A stretch of DNA of 64,000 bases, from contig CAWCPV010000014.1 in NCBI GenBank assembly GCA_963797555.1, positions 128,001 through 192,000 on the forward strand. Reading direction: 5' to 3'. Source of the DNA: an uncultured Gammaproteobacteria bacterium. GTDB lineage: Bacteria > Pseudomonadota > Gammaproteobacteria > CAWCPV01. Under the pieces are notes generated by a model, which saw only the letters and a program-made list of their open reading frames with translations, searched no databases and was not told the origin of the DNA. This document shows positions 49,605 through 60,407 of the stretch, one piece after another (position 1 is the first letter of the stretch; the number at the start of each line of letters is the position of its first letter). The position numbers and the translations under genes are program-made.

Positions 49605-50342
49605 ATGTGGCAGTTTTTCCATAGACTGGCGTCGCCCAAGTACTTCTACGACATCTCCGGACGCCTCATACCCTGGTTCGGGGGAGCTGCGCTGCTGCTC
49701 ATGGTGACGGGGTTGTATCTGGGGCTGTTCGTCGCGCCGCCGGACTACCAGCAGGGAGAGAGCTACCGGATTATGTTCATCCACGTGCCGAGCGCGTGGA
49801 TGTCGCTGTTCATCTACGTCGTGATGGCTACAGCCGGCGCTATCGGGCTCATCTGGAAGATCAAGCTCGCCGACGTGATAGCGGCCTCGAGCGCCCCGTT
49901 GGGAGCCTCTTTCACGTTTTTGGCTCTGGTGACCGGCTCCCTGTGGGGCAAGCCCATGTGGGGGACGTACTGGGTGTGGGACGCGCGGCTGACTTCGGAA
50001 CTTATCCTGCTGTTCCTTTACTTAGGATTCATGGCGCTGCAGTCCGCCATCGAGGACAAGCGCACGGCGGCCCGGGCCGGCGCGGTGCTGGCGCTGGTGG
50101 GCGTGGTGAACATTCCCATCATCCACTTCTCGGTGGAGTGGTGGAACACCCTCCATCAAGGCCCCACGGTCACCAAGTTCGGCGCTCCGTCCATCGCCAT
50201 CTCCATGCTGATCCCACTACTGGTGATGGCCGTCGCATTCATGCTCTACTACGCCACCACGGTGCTCATGCGTGCGCGAGGCGAGGTGCTCGATCGCGAG
50301 CGCAGCAGCAGTTGGGTCCAGGAACTGGTCGCGGCGCTGTGA
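49605..50342 (+). CDS. ccmC: Heme exporter protein CcmC
   Basis: HVPSAW, WGKPMWGTYWVWDARLT, WWNTLHQ. Confidence 0.96.
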   Translation: MWQFFHRLASPKYFYDISGRLIPWFGGAALLLMVTGLYLGLFVAPPDYQQGESYRIMFIHVPSAWMSLFIYVVMATAGAIGLIWKIKLADVIAASSAPLGASFTFLALVTGSLWGKPMWGTYWVWDARLTSELILLFLYLGFMALQSAIEDKRTAARAGAVLALVGVVNIPIIHFSVEWWNTLHQGPTVTKFGAPSIAISMLIPLLVMAVAFMLYYATTVLMRARGEVLDRERSSSWVQELVAAL

Positions 50343-50512
50343 CGGCCACGCAGTTCTTCCACATGGGGGGCTACGCCTTCTACGTATGGACGTCCTACGG
50401 ACTGGCCTTCATCGTGCTGCTGATCAACATCCTGTTACCGTGGCGCCACGAACGGCGCCTGCTCAGGGAGATTGCGCGCAAGACGAGGCGCGCTAGGAGG
50501 AGGGTAGAATGA
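50339..50512 (+). CDS. ccmD: Heme exporter protein CcmD
   Basis: [16 protein letters not shown] plus TM helix and basic tail. Confidence 0.92.
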   Translation: MTATQFFHMGGYAFYVWTSYGLAFIVLLINILLPWRHERRLLREIARKTRRARRRVE

Positions 50513-50964
50513 CTCCACGGCGGAGACGCATGCTTATCGTAGTGTTCATCGTGACCGGCATCAGCAGTGCGGCGGCGCTGGCGCTCAACGCCTTCCGCCA
50601 GAACCTGTTGTTCTTCTACAGTCCCACCCAGGTGGCGAACGGCGAGGCGCCGCCCGCGCATCTGATCCGCGTCGGCGGCCTGGTGACCAAGGGCAGCTTC
50701 AAACGCGACGGCGACGGCCTCACCGTGCATTTCGTCGTGACCGACACGGCGCACAGCGTTCCGGTCGTTTACAAGGGGATCCTGCCGGACTTGTTCCGGG
50801 AGGGGCAGGGCATCATCGCCCACGGGCGCCTGGACAAGGACGGGGTATTCGTCGCCTCCGAGGTCCTCGCGAAACACGACGAGAACTATATGCCGCCGGA
50901 GGTGGCTTCCGCGCTCAAGACCGCCAGCGCCAGCTCGGCCCACCTTTCGGGAGCCCGGCCATGA
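50509..50964 (+). CDS. ccmE: Heme chaperone CcmE
   Basis: [22 protein letters not shown]. Confidence 0.96.
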   Translation: MTPRRRRMLIVVFIVTGISSAAALALNAFRQNLLFFYSPTQVANGEAPPAHLIRVGGLVTKGSFKRDGDGLTVHFVVTDTAHSVPVVYKGILPDLFREGQGIIAHGRLDKDGVFVASEVLAKHDENYMPPEVASALKTASASSAHLSGARP

Positions 50965-52949
50965 TCCCGGAGATCGGCCACTTCTCCCTCATGCTGGCAC
51001 TCTGTTTGGCGCTCAGCCAGGCGTTCTTCCCCCTGGCGGGCTGGGCGTGGGGGCTGCCGGGCTGGATGGCGGTGGCGCGGCCCGCCGCGCGGGCTCAGTT
51101 CCTGTTCGTGGCGGTGGCCTTCGCCTGCTTGGCGTACGCATTCGTGACCAATGACTTCTCCGTCGCCTACGTGGCCGAGAACTCCAACAGCGCCCTGCCG
51201 TTGCCCTATCGGCTCGCGGCCATTTGGGGCGCCCACGAAGGCTCGCTATTGCTGTGGACTACGGTGCTGGGGATCTGGACGGTGGCGGTGACGGTGTTCA
51301 GCCGCAGCCTGCCACAAGACTTCGCCGCGCGAGTCATCGGGGTCATGGGGCTGGTCAGTATCGGCTTCCTGTTGTTCATGCTGACGACCTCGAGCCCGTT
51401 CGACCGGCTGGTGCCTGCCGCCCTGGACGGGCGCGACCTCAACCCACTGCTTCAGGACCCCGGCATGACCATGCATCCGCCCATGCTGTACATGGGCTAC
51501 GTCGGCTTCTCGGTGGCGTTCAGCTTCGCCATCGCGGCCTTGCTGGGCGGAGAGCTGGATGCGACTTGGGCGCGCTGGTCCAGGCCCTGGACCAATGTGG
51601 CGTGGATGTTTCTCACCATCGGCATCACCGGGGGTAGCTGGTGGGCGTACAACGAGCTGGGTTGGGGCGGCTGGTGGTTCTGGGATCCGGTGGAGAACGC
51701 CTCGTTCATGCCCTGGCTGGTGGGAACCGCGCTCATGCACTCCCTGGCGGTGACCGAAAAGCGCGGCGCGTTCAAGGCGTGGACCGTGCTGTTGGCCATC
51801 TTCGCCTTCTCTCTCAGCCTGCTTGGCACCTTCCTGGTGCGGTCGGGGGTGCTGGTATCGGTGCACGCCTTTGCGACCGACCCGGCACGGGGCCTCTTCA
51901 TACTGAGCTTTCTCGGGGTCGTGATCGGGGGATCGCTCATCCTGTATGCCTGGCGCGCCCCGGCTGTCTCAGGCGGCGGCAGCTTCGGCATGGTCTCGCG
52001 GGAAACCATGCTGCTCATTAACAACGTGCTGCTGGTGACGGCGGCGACCTCCATCCTGCTCGGAACTCTCTACCCCCTGGTGCTGGACGCCCTCGGGCTC
52101 GGCAAGATATCCGTGGGCCCGCCCTATTTCTCCGGCGTCTTCGTGCCGCTGATGGTGCCTCTCGCCTTGGTGTTGGGGATAGGCCCGCTGTCCCGCTGGA
52201 AGCACAACAACCCGGCGGAGCTGTTGCTCCGGCTGCGCTATGCCTTTGTGACGGCGCTGTTCATCAGCGTGCCTTTCCCGGCCGTGGCGATGGGCGAGTA
52301 CTCCTTCGGGGCGGTGCTCGGCATTGCGTTGGCTGCCTGGGTCATGTTCACCACGCTGCAGAACCTGAGGGCCCGGGTGGCCCAGAAGGAGACGCTGCGG
52401 GCCGGCCTGGCGGCGCTGCCCCGTGGCTTCTACGGGATGACGCTGGCGCATCTCGGGGTAGGTGTCTTCATCGTGGGCGTGACCCTCACCAGCATTTACA
52501 GCGCCGAGAAGGACGTGCGCCTCGCTCCCGGGGAGGCGGTGCAACTCGCCGGTTACAGCTTCAAGTTCGAGGGCGTGCGAGACACGACCGGCCCCAACTA
52601 CACGGCGTCGCGGGGCACCGTGCGCGTGTTCCACGGCGACGACCAGGTCGCCTTGCTGCATCCGGAGAAGCGGGTGTACCGCGTGCAGACAAACCCGATG
52701 ACGGAGTCGGCGATCGACGTGGGTGTGCTGCGGGACCTCTACGTCTCCCTGGGCGAGGACCTGGGCGGCGGGGCTTGGAGCGTGCGCGCGTATTTCAAGC
52801 CCTATATACGGTGGTTATGGTTCGGTCCGCTGCTGATGGCGCTCGGCGGACTCTTGGCGGCGAGCGACCGGCGCTACCGCGTGATGGCGAGAAGAGAGCG
52901 CGAAGCCTTGCGGCAAGGGGTGCCTCACGGTTTGGTCACGCAGGGTTAG
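50961..52949 (+). CDS. ccmF: Cytochrome c heme lyase CcmF
   Basis: [30 protein letters not shown]. Confidence 0.97.
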   Translation: MIPEIGHFSLMLALCLALSQAFFPLAGWAWGLPGWMAVARPAARAQFLFVAVAFACLAYAFVTNDFSVAYVAENSNSALPLPYRLAAIWGAHEGSLLLWTTVLGIWTVAVTVFSRSLPQDFAARVIGVMGLVSIGFLLFMLTTSSPFDRLVPAALDGRDLNPLLQDPGMTMHPPMLYMGYVGFSVAFSFAIAALLGGELDATWARWSRPWTNVAWMFLTIGITGGSWWAYNELGWGGWWFWDPVENASFMPWLVGTALMHSLAVTEKRGAFKAWTVLLAIFAFSLSLLGTFLVRSGVLVSVHAFATDPARGLFILSFLGVVIGGSLILYAWRAPAVSGGGSFGMVSRETMLLINNVLLVTAATSILLGTLYPLVLDALGLGKISVGPPYFSGVFVPLMVPLALVLGIGPLSRWKHNNPAELLLRLRYAFVTALFISVPFPAVAMGEYSFGAVLGIALAAWVMFTTLQNLRARVAQKETLRAGLAALPRGFYGMTLAHLGVGVFIVGVTLTSIYSAEKDVRLAPGEAVQLAGYSFKFEGVRDTTGPNYTASRGTVRVFHGDDQVALLHPEKRVYRVQTNPMTESAIDVGVLRDLYVSLGEDLGGGAWSVRAYFKPYIRWLWFGPLLMALGGLLAASDRRYRVMARREREALRQGVPHGLVTQG

Positions 52950-52954
52950 CGGCG

Positions 52955-53488
52955 ATGGTGCGGTACGTCATTCCCCTCGTTCTTTTTGTGGTGCTGGTGG
53001 TGTTCTTGGCCGTGGGGTTGTCTCTCAACCCACGGCTGGTGCCGTCGCCCCTGATCGGCAAGCCTGCGCCGGCCTTCACCTTGCCGGAGGTGCAGGACCC
53101 TGCGAAGACCCTGAGCCGCCAGGACCTGCTCGGCAAGGTATCCCTGCTCAACGTATGGGCCTCCTGGTGCGTGTCCTGCAGGGCGGAGCATCCACTCCTC
53201 ATGGAGATCGCCCGCAGCGGCCAGGTGCAGGTCTATGGGCTGAACTACAAGGATCAGCGGCAGGACGCGCTGCGCTGGCTGCAAAGCTACGGCGACCCCT
53301 ATCTCGCCAGCGCCTTCGACGAGAACGGCCGAGTGGGGATCGACTGGGGGGTGTACGGCACCCCCGAAACATTTGTCGTGGACCGCAAGGGGACCATCCG
53401 TTACAAGGTCATCGGCCCGGTGACCGAGGAGGTCTGGGAGAAGGAGCTCCTGCCGTTGGTCAAGAAGCTGGACGCGGAGTCGGCATGA
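52955..53488 (+). CDS. ccmG: Thiol:disulfide interchange protein CcmG/DsbE
   Basis: NVWASWCVSC, GVYGTPETF. Confidence 0.95.
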   Translation: MVRYVIPLVLFVVLVVFLAVGLSLNPRLVPSPLIGKPAPAFTLPEVQDPAKTLSRQDLLGKVSLLNVWASWCVSCRAEHPLLMEIARSGQVQVYGLNYKDQRQDALRWLQSYGDPYLASAFDENGRVGIDWGVYGTPETFVVDRKGTIRYKVIGPVTEEVWEKELLPLVKKLDAESA

Positions 53489-53961
53489 GGAGGTGGTTGT
53501 TGGTCGGGATGCTCGTGGCCGCGGCGTCCACCACCGTTGCGCTGTGCGACCAGACGCTGTTCCAGTTCAAGGACGAGGCTCAGGAGGAGCGGTTCCGGAG
53601 CCTCACCTCCGAGCTGCGCTGCCTGGTCTGCCAGAACGAGTCGCTGGCCGATTCCCAGGCCAGCCTGGCCGACGACCTGCGGCGCGAGGTCTATGAGAAG
53701 ATGCAGGCCGGGGCGAGCAACAAGGAGATAGTCACCTTCCTCGTCGCCCGCTACGGCGACTTCGTGCTCTATCGTCCGCGCGTCAAGCCGGTCACCTACC
53801 TGCTGTGGTTCGGACCGGCCGCATTCGTCGTGCTGGGCCTGGGAATTCTGCTCTACACGGTGCGTCGTCGGGCCCGCAAGCCCGAGGCCGCGCTGACCGA
53901 GGAGGAGCGGCGGCGTCTTCAACAAGTTCTCGGCGGGGCCGATGAGAAGGGTGGGCCATGA
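53485..53961 (+). CDS. ccmH: Cytochrome c biogenesis protein CcmH
   Basis: LRCLVCQNESLADS, RYGDFVLY. Confidence 0.95.
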   Translation: MRRWLLVGMLVAAASTTVALCDQTLFQFKDEAQEERFRSLTSELRCLVCQNESLADSQASLADDLRREVYEKMQAGASNKEIVTFLVARYGDFVLYRPRVKPVTYLLWFGPAAFVVLGLGILLYTVRRRARKPEAALTEEERRRLQQVLGGADEKGGP

Positions 53962-55670
53962 TTTTGTTTTGGGTCATCGTTGCGGTCATGATCGCCTTGT
54001 CTCTGGCCGCTCTGCTGCCGCCTCTGCTGGGGCGCGGGCGCGATACCGGGATCCCCAGAGACCAGTTGAACATCGCCATCTACAACGAGCGTGTCGCGGA
54101 GCTGGGGGCCGACTTCAGCCGTGGCCACCTGACTCAAGGTCAATACGAGGAGACCAAACGGGAGTTGGAGCGCGAGCTGTTGGCCGACGTCTCCGGCAGC
54201 GCCAAAGGAGCAGCTCCGGTGCGCCCGAGCCGAAGCCCCGTCACCGCCGTGCTGGTTGCGGTCGCAGTGCCCCTGCTCTCGGTCGGGCTGTATCTGAAGC
54301 TCGGCGACCCTCGGCTGCTAGGTGAGCGGGGCCCCGCGGGCTCGCCGACTGAGGCGCAGCGCGCCATGCCCTCCATCTCGGACATGGTCGCCAAGCTGGA
54401 GCGACGCCTGAAAGATGAGCCGAAGGACGCCACGGGCTGGATGATGTTGGGGCGGTCCTACGTCGTGCTGCACCGCTACGGCGAAGCGAGCGATGCTTAT
54501 GCGAAGGCCTACGCGCTCGTGGGGGATGATCCGGCGTTGATGGCTGACTGGGCGGAGGCTGCCGCCCTGGCCAACAACGGTCAGCTCGGCGGCAGGCCCG
54601 CTGAGCTGGTGGACAAGGTGCTGGCGACGCAGCCGGACAACATGAAGGGCTTGTGGCTCGGCGGCATGGCGGCGTTCCAGGCGGGCGACTACAAACACGC
54701 CGCAGAGCGGTGGGGCCGTCTGGCGCCCAAGGTCCCCGCGCAGACCGACGACGGCCGCCTTGTCCGCGACTATCTGGGCCAGGCACGGTCTCACCTTTCG
54801 CCGGAGGAGTTGGCGCGTCTCGCGCCCGAAGGGACGCCGAGCGCCGCGGAGGACGGTACGAGCAAGGCCGGCTTGAAGGTGGAGGTGACCTTTGCTCCAG
54901 CCCTAGCCGGTCGGGTGTCCCCGAATGACACCGTGTTCGTCTTCGCGCGCGCCGCCAGCGGTCCGCGGATGCCGCTCGCGGTCCTGCGCAGCCCTGCGCG
55001 GGACCTGCCGGCCACGGTGACATTGGACGACTCCATGGCCATGGCGCCTGCGTTCAAGCTCTCCAGCTTTCCTCAGGTGGTCGTTGGTGCACGTATCTCC
55101 AAGACGGGCAACGCCACGCCCGAGGCTGGAGACCTGCAGGGCCTGAGCGCCCCTGTCGCCTCCGGGAGCCAAGGGCCGGTGCGGGTGGTGGTGGACCAAG
55201 TGGTCGGCGAGAACAGTAAAGCGATGCCGGAGAGCGCGCCCATCCCGGCCGAGGCGGCGGTTGGGCAGAGCGCGCCGGCGGCTGGGGCGCCGCCGGGTGC
55301 GTCAGAACCCTCGCCCGAAGGGGTCCCTGGCAAGGTGGTGGTGCGTGTGACTCTGGATAGCGCCCTCGCGGGTCGCGTGACGCCCGAGGAGACCGTCTTC
55401 ATCTTCGCGCGCGCCGCCCAGGGGCCGCGCATGCCGCTCGCCATCGCCCGCAAACAGGTGAAAGACTTGCCGGCCACGGTGACTTTGGACGACGCCATGG
55501 CCATGGCGCCGGCCTTCAGGCTCTCGCTGTTTCCGGAGGTCACGGTGGCGGCGCGTGTCTCGCGTGCGGGCAACGCCATGCCTCAGCCCGGTGACCTGGA
55601 AGGGCTGGCGGCGGGCGTGCGGGTGGGCGGTGCGCCCGTGAGTCTCGCCATCGACCACGTCGTGCCGTAG
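53958..55670 (+). CDS. ccmI: Cytochrome c biogenesis protein CcmI/CycH with duplicated C-terminal domain
   Basis: TM-leucine zipper-TM, TPRs, two copies of VF.FARAA.GPRMPLA...LDD.MAM...ARISK.G. Confidence 0.92.
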   Translation: MILFWVIVAVMIALSLAALLPPLLGRGRDTGIPRDQLNIAIYNERVAELGADFSRGHLTQGQYEETKRELERELLADVSGSAKGAAPVRPSRSPVTAVLVAVAVPLLSVGLYLKLGDPRLLGERGPAGSPTEAQRAMPSISDMVAKLERRLKDEPKDATGWMMLGRSYVVLHRYGEASDAYAKAYALVGDDPALMADWAEAAALANNGQLGGRPAELVDKVLATQPDNMKGLWLGGMAAFQAGDYKHAAERWGRLAPKVPAQTDDGRLVRDYLGQARSHLSPEELARLAPEGTPSAAEDGTSKAGLKVEVTFAPALAGRVSPNDTVFVFARAASGPRMPLAVLRSPARDLPATVTLDDSMAMAPAFKLSSFPQVVVGARISKTGNATPEAGDLQGLSAPVASGSQGPVRVVVDQVVGENSKAMPESAPIPAEAAVGQSAPAAGAPPGASEPSPEGVPGKVVVRVTLDSALAGRVTPEETVFIFARAAQGPRMPLAIARKQVKDLPATVTLDDAMAMAPAFRLSLFPEVTVAARVSRAGNAMPQPGDLEGLAAGVRVGGAPVSLAIDHVVP

Positions 55671-56409
55671 CCGGCAGAGGCAGTGAAGGAAAGGGTCGCG
55701 AGCGGCCCGAGCGCAGCGACGAGACAGTCGAGTCGATAGGCGGCGAGGAGCGACCGAATGGCAGGACAGCCATTCGGCACGTCCGCAGGACGCCCCAAAG
55801 GGGTGGCGGTACAGGGAGGTACGCCATGACCACCGCGCAAGGGACGCGCAGCAGAGTCTAATTCACACGCCCTCCGTGCCGGGCTGATCTGGGACCCGCG
55901 ACGCGGTGACTCGCCGGCGGGATGGATTCGCCGTCGCTGTGGCTTGCTCCGGCAAGGTTTCCGGACTACACTGCGCGCGGCCAATAACCGAGCCGTCACG
56001 AAAGGATTGGGCGATGATAACTCAGGTCCACGCTGACCTTCGAGGCGATCCGGGGCCGGGCGCGCTCCCGCCCGATCAGACACGCGTCTTCATTACCTCG
56101 TCCGCGCTTCGCCAGCCCTGAGCCGGCGTGGCGTCCTCTGCTTACGGCGATGGGTCCGGCCCAGGCTATCGTGCGGTATAGAGCTGGCGCCGGCGCGGCC
56201 GGGGACCCGCTCAGGCGTTGCTGCGTCGCTTGCGGTATCGCCCGAGGGCCCACCGGCGGAGCTGCGGGTGCCATCGTGCGCATCACATCGGCGCGCTCTG
56301 CCCCGTCGTGGGGCTCGGGGATGCGGCCGACAAAGCCAGGCGTTGGCGCCGGCGTCTCGCCTGATAGGATTGCGCCGCTGTGGTACCGCGTTTGCAGAGC
56401 ATCTCGGGC

Positions 56410-56973
56410 ATGATGGAACCTGGCCCCGCCGCACCGCCTGTTGCCCCTTACTCTGCTACGGGGAGCGCGGGCGCTCCGCCGACACGGCGGTTCTGGCTTG
56501 CCGTCGGCGGCGTCTACGTCGTCTGGCTGCTGCTGGTGATGTCCCTCGATCCCAGCGAATGGGCTGCGGGCGCCGTGGTCGCCGTCGTGACGGCGCTGCT
56601 CGCCACGCCGCACCTCGCCCTGTTGGATGGCATCAAGCTGAGCCCCAAGCTCCCTTGGCATGTCCTGCGCTATCTCCGGGTGTTTCTTCAGGCTCTGGTG
56701 GAGTCCAACGTCGACATGGCCAGGCGCGTCCTGTCGCCGAGCCTGCCCATTCGGCCGGGGATGGTCGAGGTATTCACGCGCCTGCAGTCCCCCCTCGGGC
56801 GGCTGCTGCTGGCGAACAGCATCACTCTGACTCCCGGGACCCTGTCCGTCGACGTGCTGGAGGACCGCATCCAGGTGCACTGGATAGACATCAGCCCGGG
56901 CGCTGACATGCTGAATGCGACGCGGGCCATCGTGGAGCAGTTCGAGCGGTACCTTCGGGAGTTCCTGGAATGA
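56410..56973 (+). CDS. Mrp-type antiporter subunit E (MbxA-like)
   Basis: SNVDMARRVL, LLANSITLTPGT. Confidence 0.9.
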   Translation: MMEPGPAAPPVAPYSATGSAGAPPTRRFWLAVGGVYVVWLLLVMSLDPSEWAAGAVVAVVTALLATPHLALLDGIKLSPKLPWHVLRYLRVFLQALVESNVDMARRVLSPSLPIRPGMVEVFTRLQSPLGRLLLANSITLTPGTLSVDVLEDRIQVHWIDISPGADMLNATRAIVEQFERYLREFLE

Positions 56974-57230
56974 GTGCCCTGGCGTGGGCGGCCGCGGCCC
57001 TGCTGGGGGTGGCCGTGCTGCTGAGCACGGCGCGGCTGTTCCTCGGCCCGACTACCCCCGATCGCGTCGTGGCGGCAGACACGCTGGCGGTGGTGACCAC
57101 GCCGGCCCTGGCCTGGGTGGCCAGCGTCTTCGCCAATCCGATTTACCTGGACATCGCGCTCGTCTACGGCGCCCTGTCTTTCGTCGTGGTCGTAGCCATC
57201 GCCCGTGCTCTGGAGGGACCGCGGTCGTGA
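56970..57230 (+). CDS. Mrp-type subunit F (MbxB-like)
   Basis: GPTTPDRVVAAD, YLDIALVY. Confidence 0.9.
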   Translation: MSALAWAAAALLGVAVLLSTARLFLGPTTPDRVVAADTLAVVTTPALAWVASVFANPIYLDIALVYGALSFVVVVAIARALEGPRS

Positions 57231-57550
57231 GCGTCGTGGGCGACCTGCTGCTGCTCGTCGGAGCGGTCTTCATGCTGCTCGGTGCGGCGGGGCTGCTGCG
57301 CATGCCGGATGTTTACACCCGCCTGCAGGCGGGCACCAAGGCGGTGACCCTGGGCTCGCTCGCGCTGCTCGGCGGGTTGGCGGTGCATCATCCCGGTTGG
57401 CTGCCGAAGCTCGGTCTGATTGCCGTTTTTGTTCTGCTGACCTCGCCCATAGGGTCTTCCACCATCGCGAGGGCGGCGCGCGTGACCGGGGTGAAGCCTT
57501 GGCAGTTGCCGCAGGATCGCATGTCCCAAAACGGGGAACAGGGCCAATGA
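57227..57550 (+). CDS. Mrp-type subunit G (MbxC-like)
   Basis: GLLRMPDVYTRLQAGTKAVTLG. Confidence 0.9.
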   Translation: MSVVGDLLLLVGAVFMLLGAAGLLRMPDVYTRLQAGTKAVTLGSLALLGGLAVHHPGWLPKLGLIAVFVLLTSPIGSSTIARAARVTGVKPWQLPQDRMSQNGEQGQ

Positions 57551-57804
57551 CCTGGGTCGCTCTGGCCACGGTGGCAGTGATGTTGGCGGCGGCCATCGGG
57601 GTGGTGGTGCTGCCCAGCTACTTGGCCGCAGTGGCGGCCTCTTCGGTGGTGTCCCTGGCACTGTCGGTCCTGTTCGTCGTGCTTCGGGCACCGGACGTCG
57701 CGCTGGCCGAAGCGGCCGTGGGAGCTGGGTTGTCGGGCCTGTTGTTCGCCCTCACGCTGAGGCGCGTTGGGCTTTGGAGACAACGCGAGGAAGACGATGC
57801 GTGA
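57547..57804 (+). CDS. DUF4040 / MbhD-like subunit
   Basis: LRAPDVALAEAAVG. Confidence 0.88.
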   Translation: MTWVALATVAVMLAAAIGVVVLPSYLAAVAASSVVSLALSVLFVVLRAPDVALAEAAVGAGLSGLLFALTLRRVGLWRQREEDDA

Positions 57805-58483
57805 GGTCGCCGGGTTGATCTTCGTCCTGGGGCTGACGCTGCTGCTCACCGGATTGGTAGCCGGTCTGCCCTTCGGGGGTGCGCCCATGGAGGTGGGTCA
57901 GGCGATCGTCCGCGCGGCCCCGGATCAGGTGGGTACCGCCAACATCGTTACCTCGGTGGTGCTCGCTTATCGCGGCCTCGACACTCTGGGCGAGCTGAGC
58001 ATCCTGTTCGTGGCCGCGACCGCGGCCGGGATGGTGCTCGGCAAGCGCCGTCCCCAGGCACCGCGCGACCCTCCGGGTGGGTTCATCCTGCGGACCGCGG
58101 CCGACATGCTGTTCCCGTTTCTGATCGTGCTCGGGGCATACATCATCCTGCACGGGCACCTCACGCCGGGCGGAGGTTTTCAAGGGGGTGCCATTCTCGC
58201 GGCTGCCTTCGTGATCCCCCTCCTGGGGCGGCCTGCTACACCTTTCGACGAGCGGCTTGCGGCCGTGATCGAGGGGCTGGCGGGGGCGGGGTTCATCGCC
58301 TTGGGTCTGCTGGCGCTCTGGTCCGAGGGTTATTTCCTGGCCCCGCTCTTGAGCAAGGGACAGATCGGACACCTGTTCTCCGCGGGGAGCCTCCCGCTGC
58401 TGTATTTGGCGGTGGGGCTCAAGGTGGGCGCGGAGCTGGCGAGTCTGCTGGTGCGCCTGTCCGATGCCGAGGCGTCCGACTGA
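57797..58483 (+). CDS. Mrp-type subunit B (fused MbhE/F-like)
   Basis: NIVTSVVLAYRGLDTLGE, GHLTPGGGFQGG. Confidence 0.9.
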   Translation: MREVAGLIFVLGLTLLLTGLVAGLPFGGAPMEVGQAIVRAAPDQVGTANIVTSVVLAYRGLDTLGELSILFVAATAAGMVLGKRRPQAPRDPPGGFILRTAADMLFPFLIVLGAYIILHGHLTPGGGFQGGAILAAAFVIPLLGRPATPFDERLAAVIEGLAGAGFIALGLLALWSEGYFLAPLLSKGQIGHLFSAGSLPLLYLAVGLKVGAELASLLVRLSDAEASD

Positions 58484-58938
58484 TGCACGCGGCGCTGCGC
58501 GATACCGTGGTGCTGGGTCAGGTCTTCTATGTGGGTGCTCTCGGTCTGGTGCTGCTCGGCATCTTCGCCGTGACGGCGCTGCGGCACGTGGTGAGGGTGA
58601 TCCTCGGTCTGACCCTGCTCGAGTCGGGCGTCAACCTGTTCCTGGTCGCGACCGGCTTCCGGCCTGACGCGGTGGCGCCGATCCTGGTTGGCCAAGCGCC
58701 GCTGGCCGCCATGGTGGACCCCATTCCCCAGGCACTCATCCTGACCGCCATCGTTATCGGCGTGGGGGTGCAGGCGGTGGCGCTAGCCCTTGCCATACGG
58801 GTATACCGCGCCTACGGAACTCTGGATGTGCGCGTGCTGGCCCGGGACCTCGCCTCCGAAGAAGGGGGCGGCGCGGGGGAGGGCGGCTCCGCAGTTCCCC
58901 GACGCGGGCGGCCCGTGTTGCCTGGGGAGGTGTGGTGA
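58483..58938 (+). CDS. Mrp-type subunit C (MbxG-like)
   Basis: DPIPQALILTAIVIG. Confidence 0.9.
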   Translation: MHAALRDTVVLGQVFYVGALGLVLLGIFAVTALRHVVRVILGLTLLESGVNLFLVATGFRPDAVAPILVGQAPLAAMVDPIPQALILTAIVIGVGVQAVALALAIRVYRAYGTLDVRVLARDLASEEGGGAGEGGSAVPRRGRPVLPGEVW

Positions 58939-60407
58939 CCGACCCGGTGCTGATGGTGGCGCTGCCCATCCTCGGGGCATTCCTGTTGCCCCTCGCACAG
59001 CGAGTCAGCCCTTGGGCCGGGCGGCTGTTCGGTCCGCTCTTGCTGGTGCTGGTGGGCGCGGTCGGGTGCCTGCTGTGGGTCGATGTGCAAGGCGGCGGGC
59101 CTTGGGCCGTCGCCGTGGGAGGCTTCGCCGCCCCGCTGGGGATCGTCTTCTACGTCGACACGCTCGGCGTGCTGTTCGCGCTCTTGGTGACGGCCGCCGG
59201 GCTCCTGCTCTGGCCGCTCGGGCTCCACGATCGCTTGCGCGAGGGCACCCTCACCCTGCTGCTGGTCGGCGGAAGCTGCGGATTGGCGCTGTCGGGCGAC
59301 CTGTTCAACCTGTACGTGTTCTATGAGCTGGTAGCCGTGGCTTCTTATGGCATGGCGAGCAGCGGCGGGCGACCTCGCGGTTACGCGGCGGCGGTCCGCT
59401 TCCTGGTGTTGAGCGCACTCGGGTCCGCCCTCGCCTTGCTCGGCATCGCCCTGATATACGGCGCCACCGGCACCCTGAATCTGGCGCAGCTCTCGAGCGT
59501 CGCGGCCGACGCCCTGTCCGGTCCCCTGGGCCTCGGGGCTTTCGCCCTGATGATGGTGGGCTTTGGCGTCAAGGCGGAGCTGTTTCCGGTCAACACCTGG
59601 GTGCCCGAAGTCTACCGCACTGCCCCCGCCCGTGTGTCCGCGTTGCTGGGGGGTGTGGTATCCAAGCTCGCGCTGTTGATCCTGCTGCGCCTGCTGGTGC
59701 TGATCTTCGGACAGTCGCCGGCTCCGCTCCTGCTGCTGGCGGTGGGCGTATTGGGGCTGGCGAGCGGTGAGCTGGCGGCGCTGCGTGCGCCGGACCTGCG
59801 GCGGGTGCTGGCGTACTCCTCCATCGGGCAACTGGGGCTGGCCGCCGTGGGCCTGGCGGTCTCCGGACCGGCGGGGGTAGCGGCCAGCGTCGCCGTGGCG
59901 CTGCACCACTTGGTGGTGAAGCCCGCCCTGTTCCTGTTGACCGACAGCTGGGGTGGTCCCCTGGAGCGGCTGCGCGGCGCCGCGCGAGCGTCCCCCCTTG
60001 GGGCCGGCCTGTTCCTGCTGTTTGCGTTGTCCTTGGTCGGGATTCCGCCGCTGCCCGGTTTCTGGGTCAAGTTTCTGCTGATGTCTGCCCTGATGGGGGC
60101 AGGATCTCCCGCGTACACGGCCGCGCTGATCGTCGTGATGGTGGCTACCGTGGTGGAGGCAGCATACCTGTTCCGCATCGTGCGCCTGCTCTATCAGTCC
60201 GAGGCGCCCGTCCTGCCGGGTCCGGCATCGGTGCAGCTAGCGCCGGCCCTGGCCCTGGGGAGTGCGCTGGTGATGGCGACTTTCCTGGTGACGCCTCTGT
60301 CCGCGGGGCTGTCGCACCTCGCTCGCCAAACGGCCGACGTGTCCGGCTACGTGCAGACGGTGTTCCCCTCCCGTCCACCGGGCTTGGCCCCTTACAACCG
60401 CCCATGA
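58935..60407 (+). CDS. Proton-conducting membrane subunit (MrpD/MbxH-like)
   Basis: DLFNLYVFYE, GFGVKAELFP..W.P, LAYSSI, GIPP..GF. Confidence 0.9.
   Translation: MTDPVLMVALPILGAFLLPLAQRVSPWAGRLFGPLLLVLVGAVGCLLWVDVQGGGPWAVAVGGFAAPLGIVFYVDTLGVLFALLVTAAGLLLWPLGLHDRLREGTLTLLLVGGSCGLALSGDLFNLYVFYELVAVASYGMASSGGRPRGYAAAVRFLVLSALGSALALLGIALIYGATGTLNLAQLSSVAADALSGPLGLGAFALMMVGFGVKAELFPVNTWVPEVYRTAPARVSALLGGVVSKLALLILLRLLVLIFGQSPAPLLLLAVGVLGLASGELAALRAPDLRRVLAYSSIGQLGLAAVGLAVSGPAGVAASVAVALHHLVVKPALFLLTDSWGGPLERLRGAARASPLGAGLFLLFALSLVGIPPLPGFWVKFLLMSALMGAGSPAYTAALIVVMVATVVEAAYLFRIVRLLYQSEAPVLPGPASVQLAPALALGSALVMATFLVTPLSAGLSHLARQTADVSGYVQTVFPSRPPGLAPYNRP

Noticed and set aside
55754-55777. Hairpin CCGAATGGC-AGGACA-GCCATTCGG as terminator or another dif-like site
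   Set aside because: No U-tract; arm length and core differ from the site family; function unsupported
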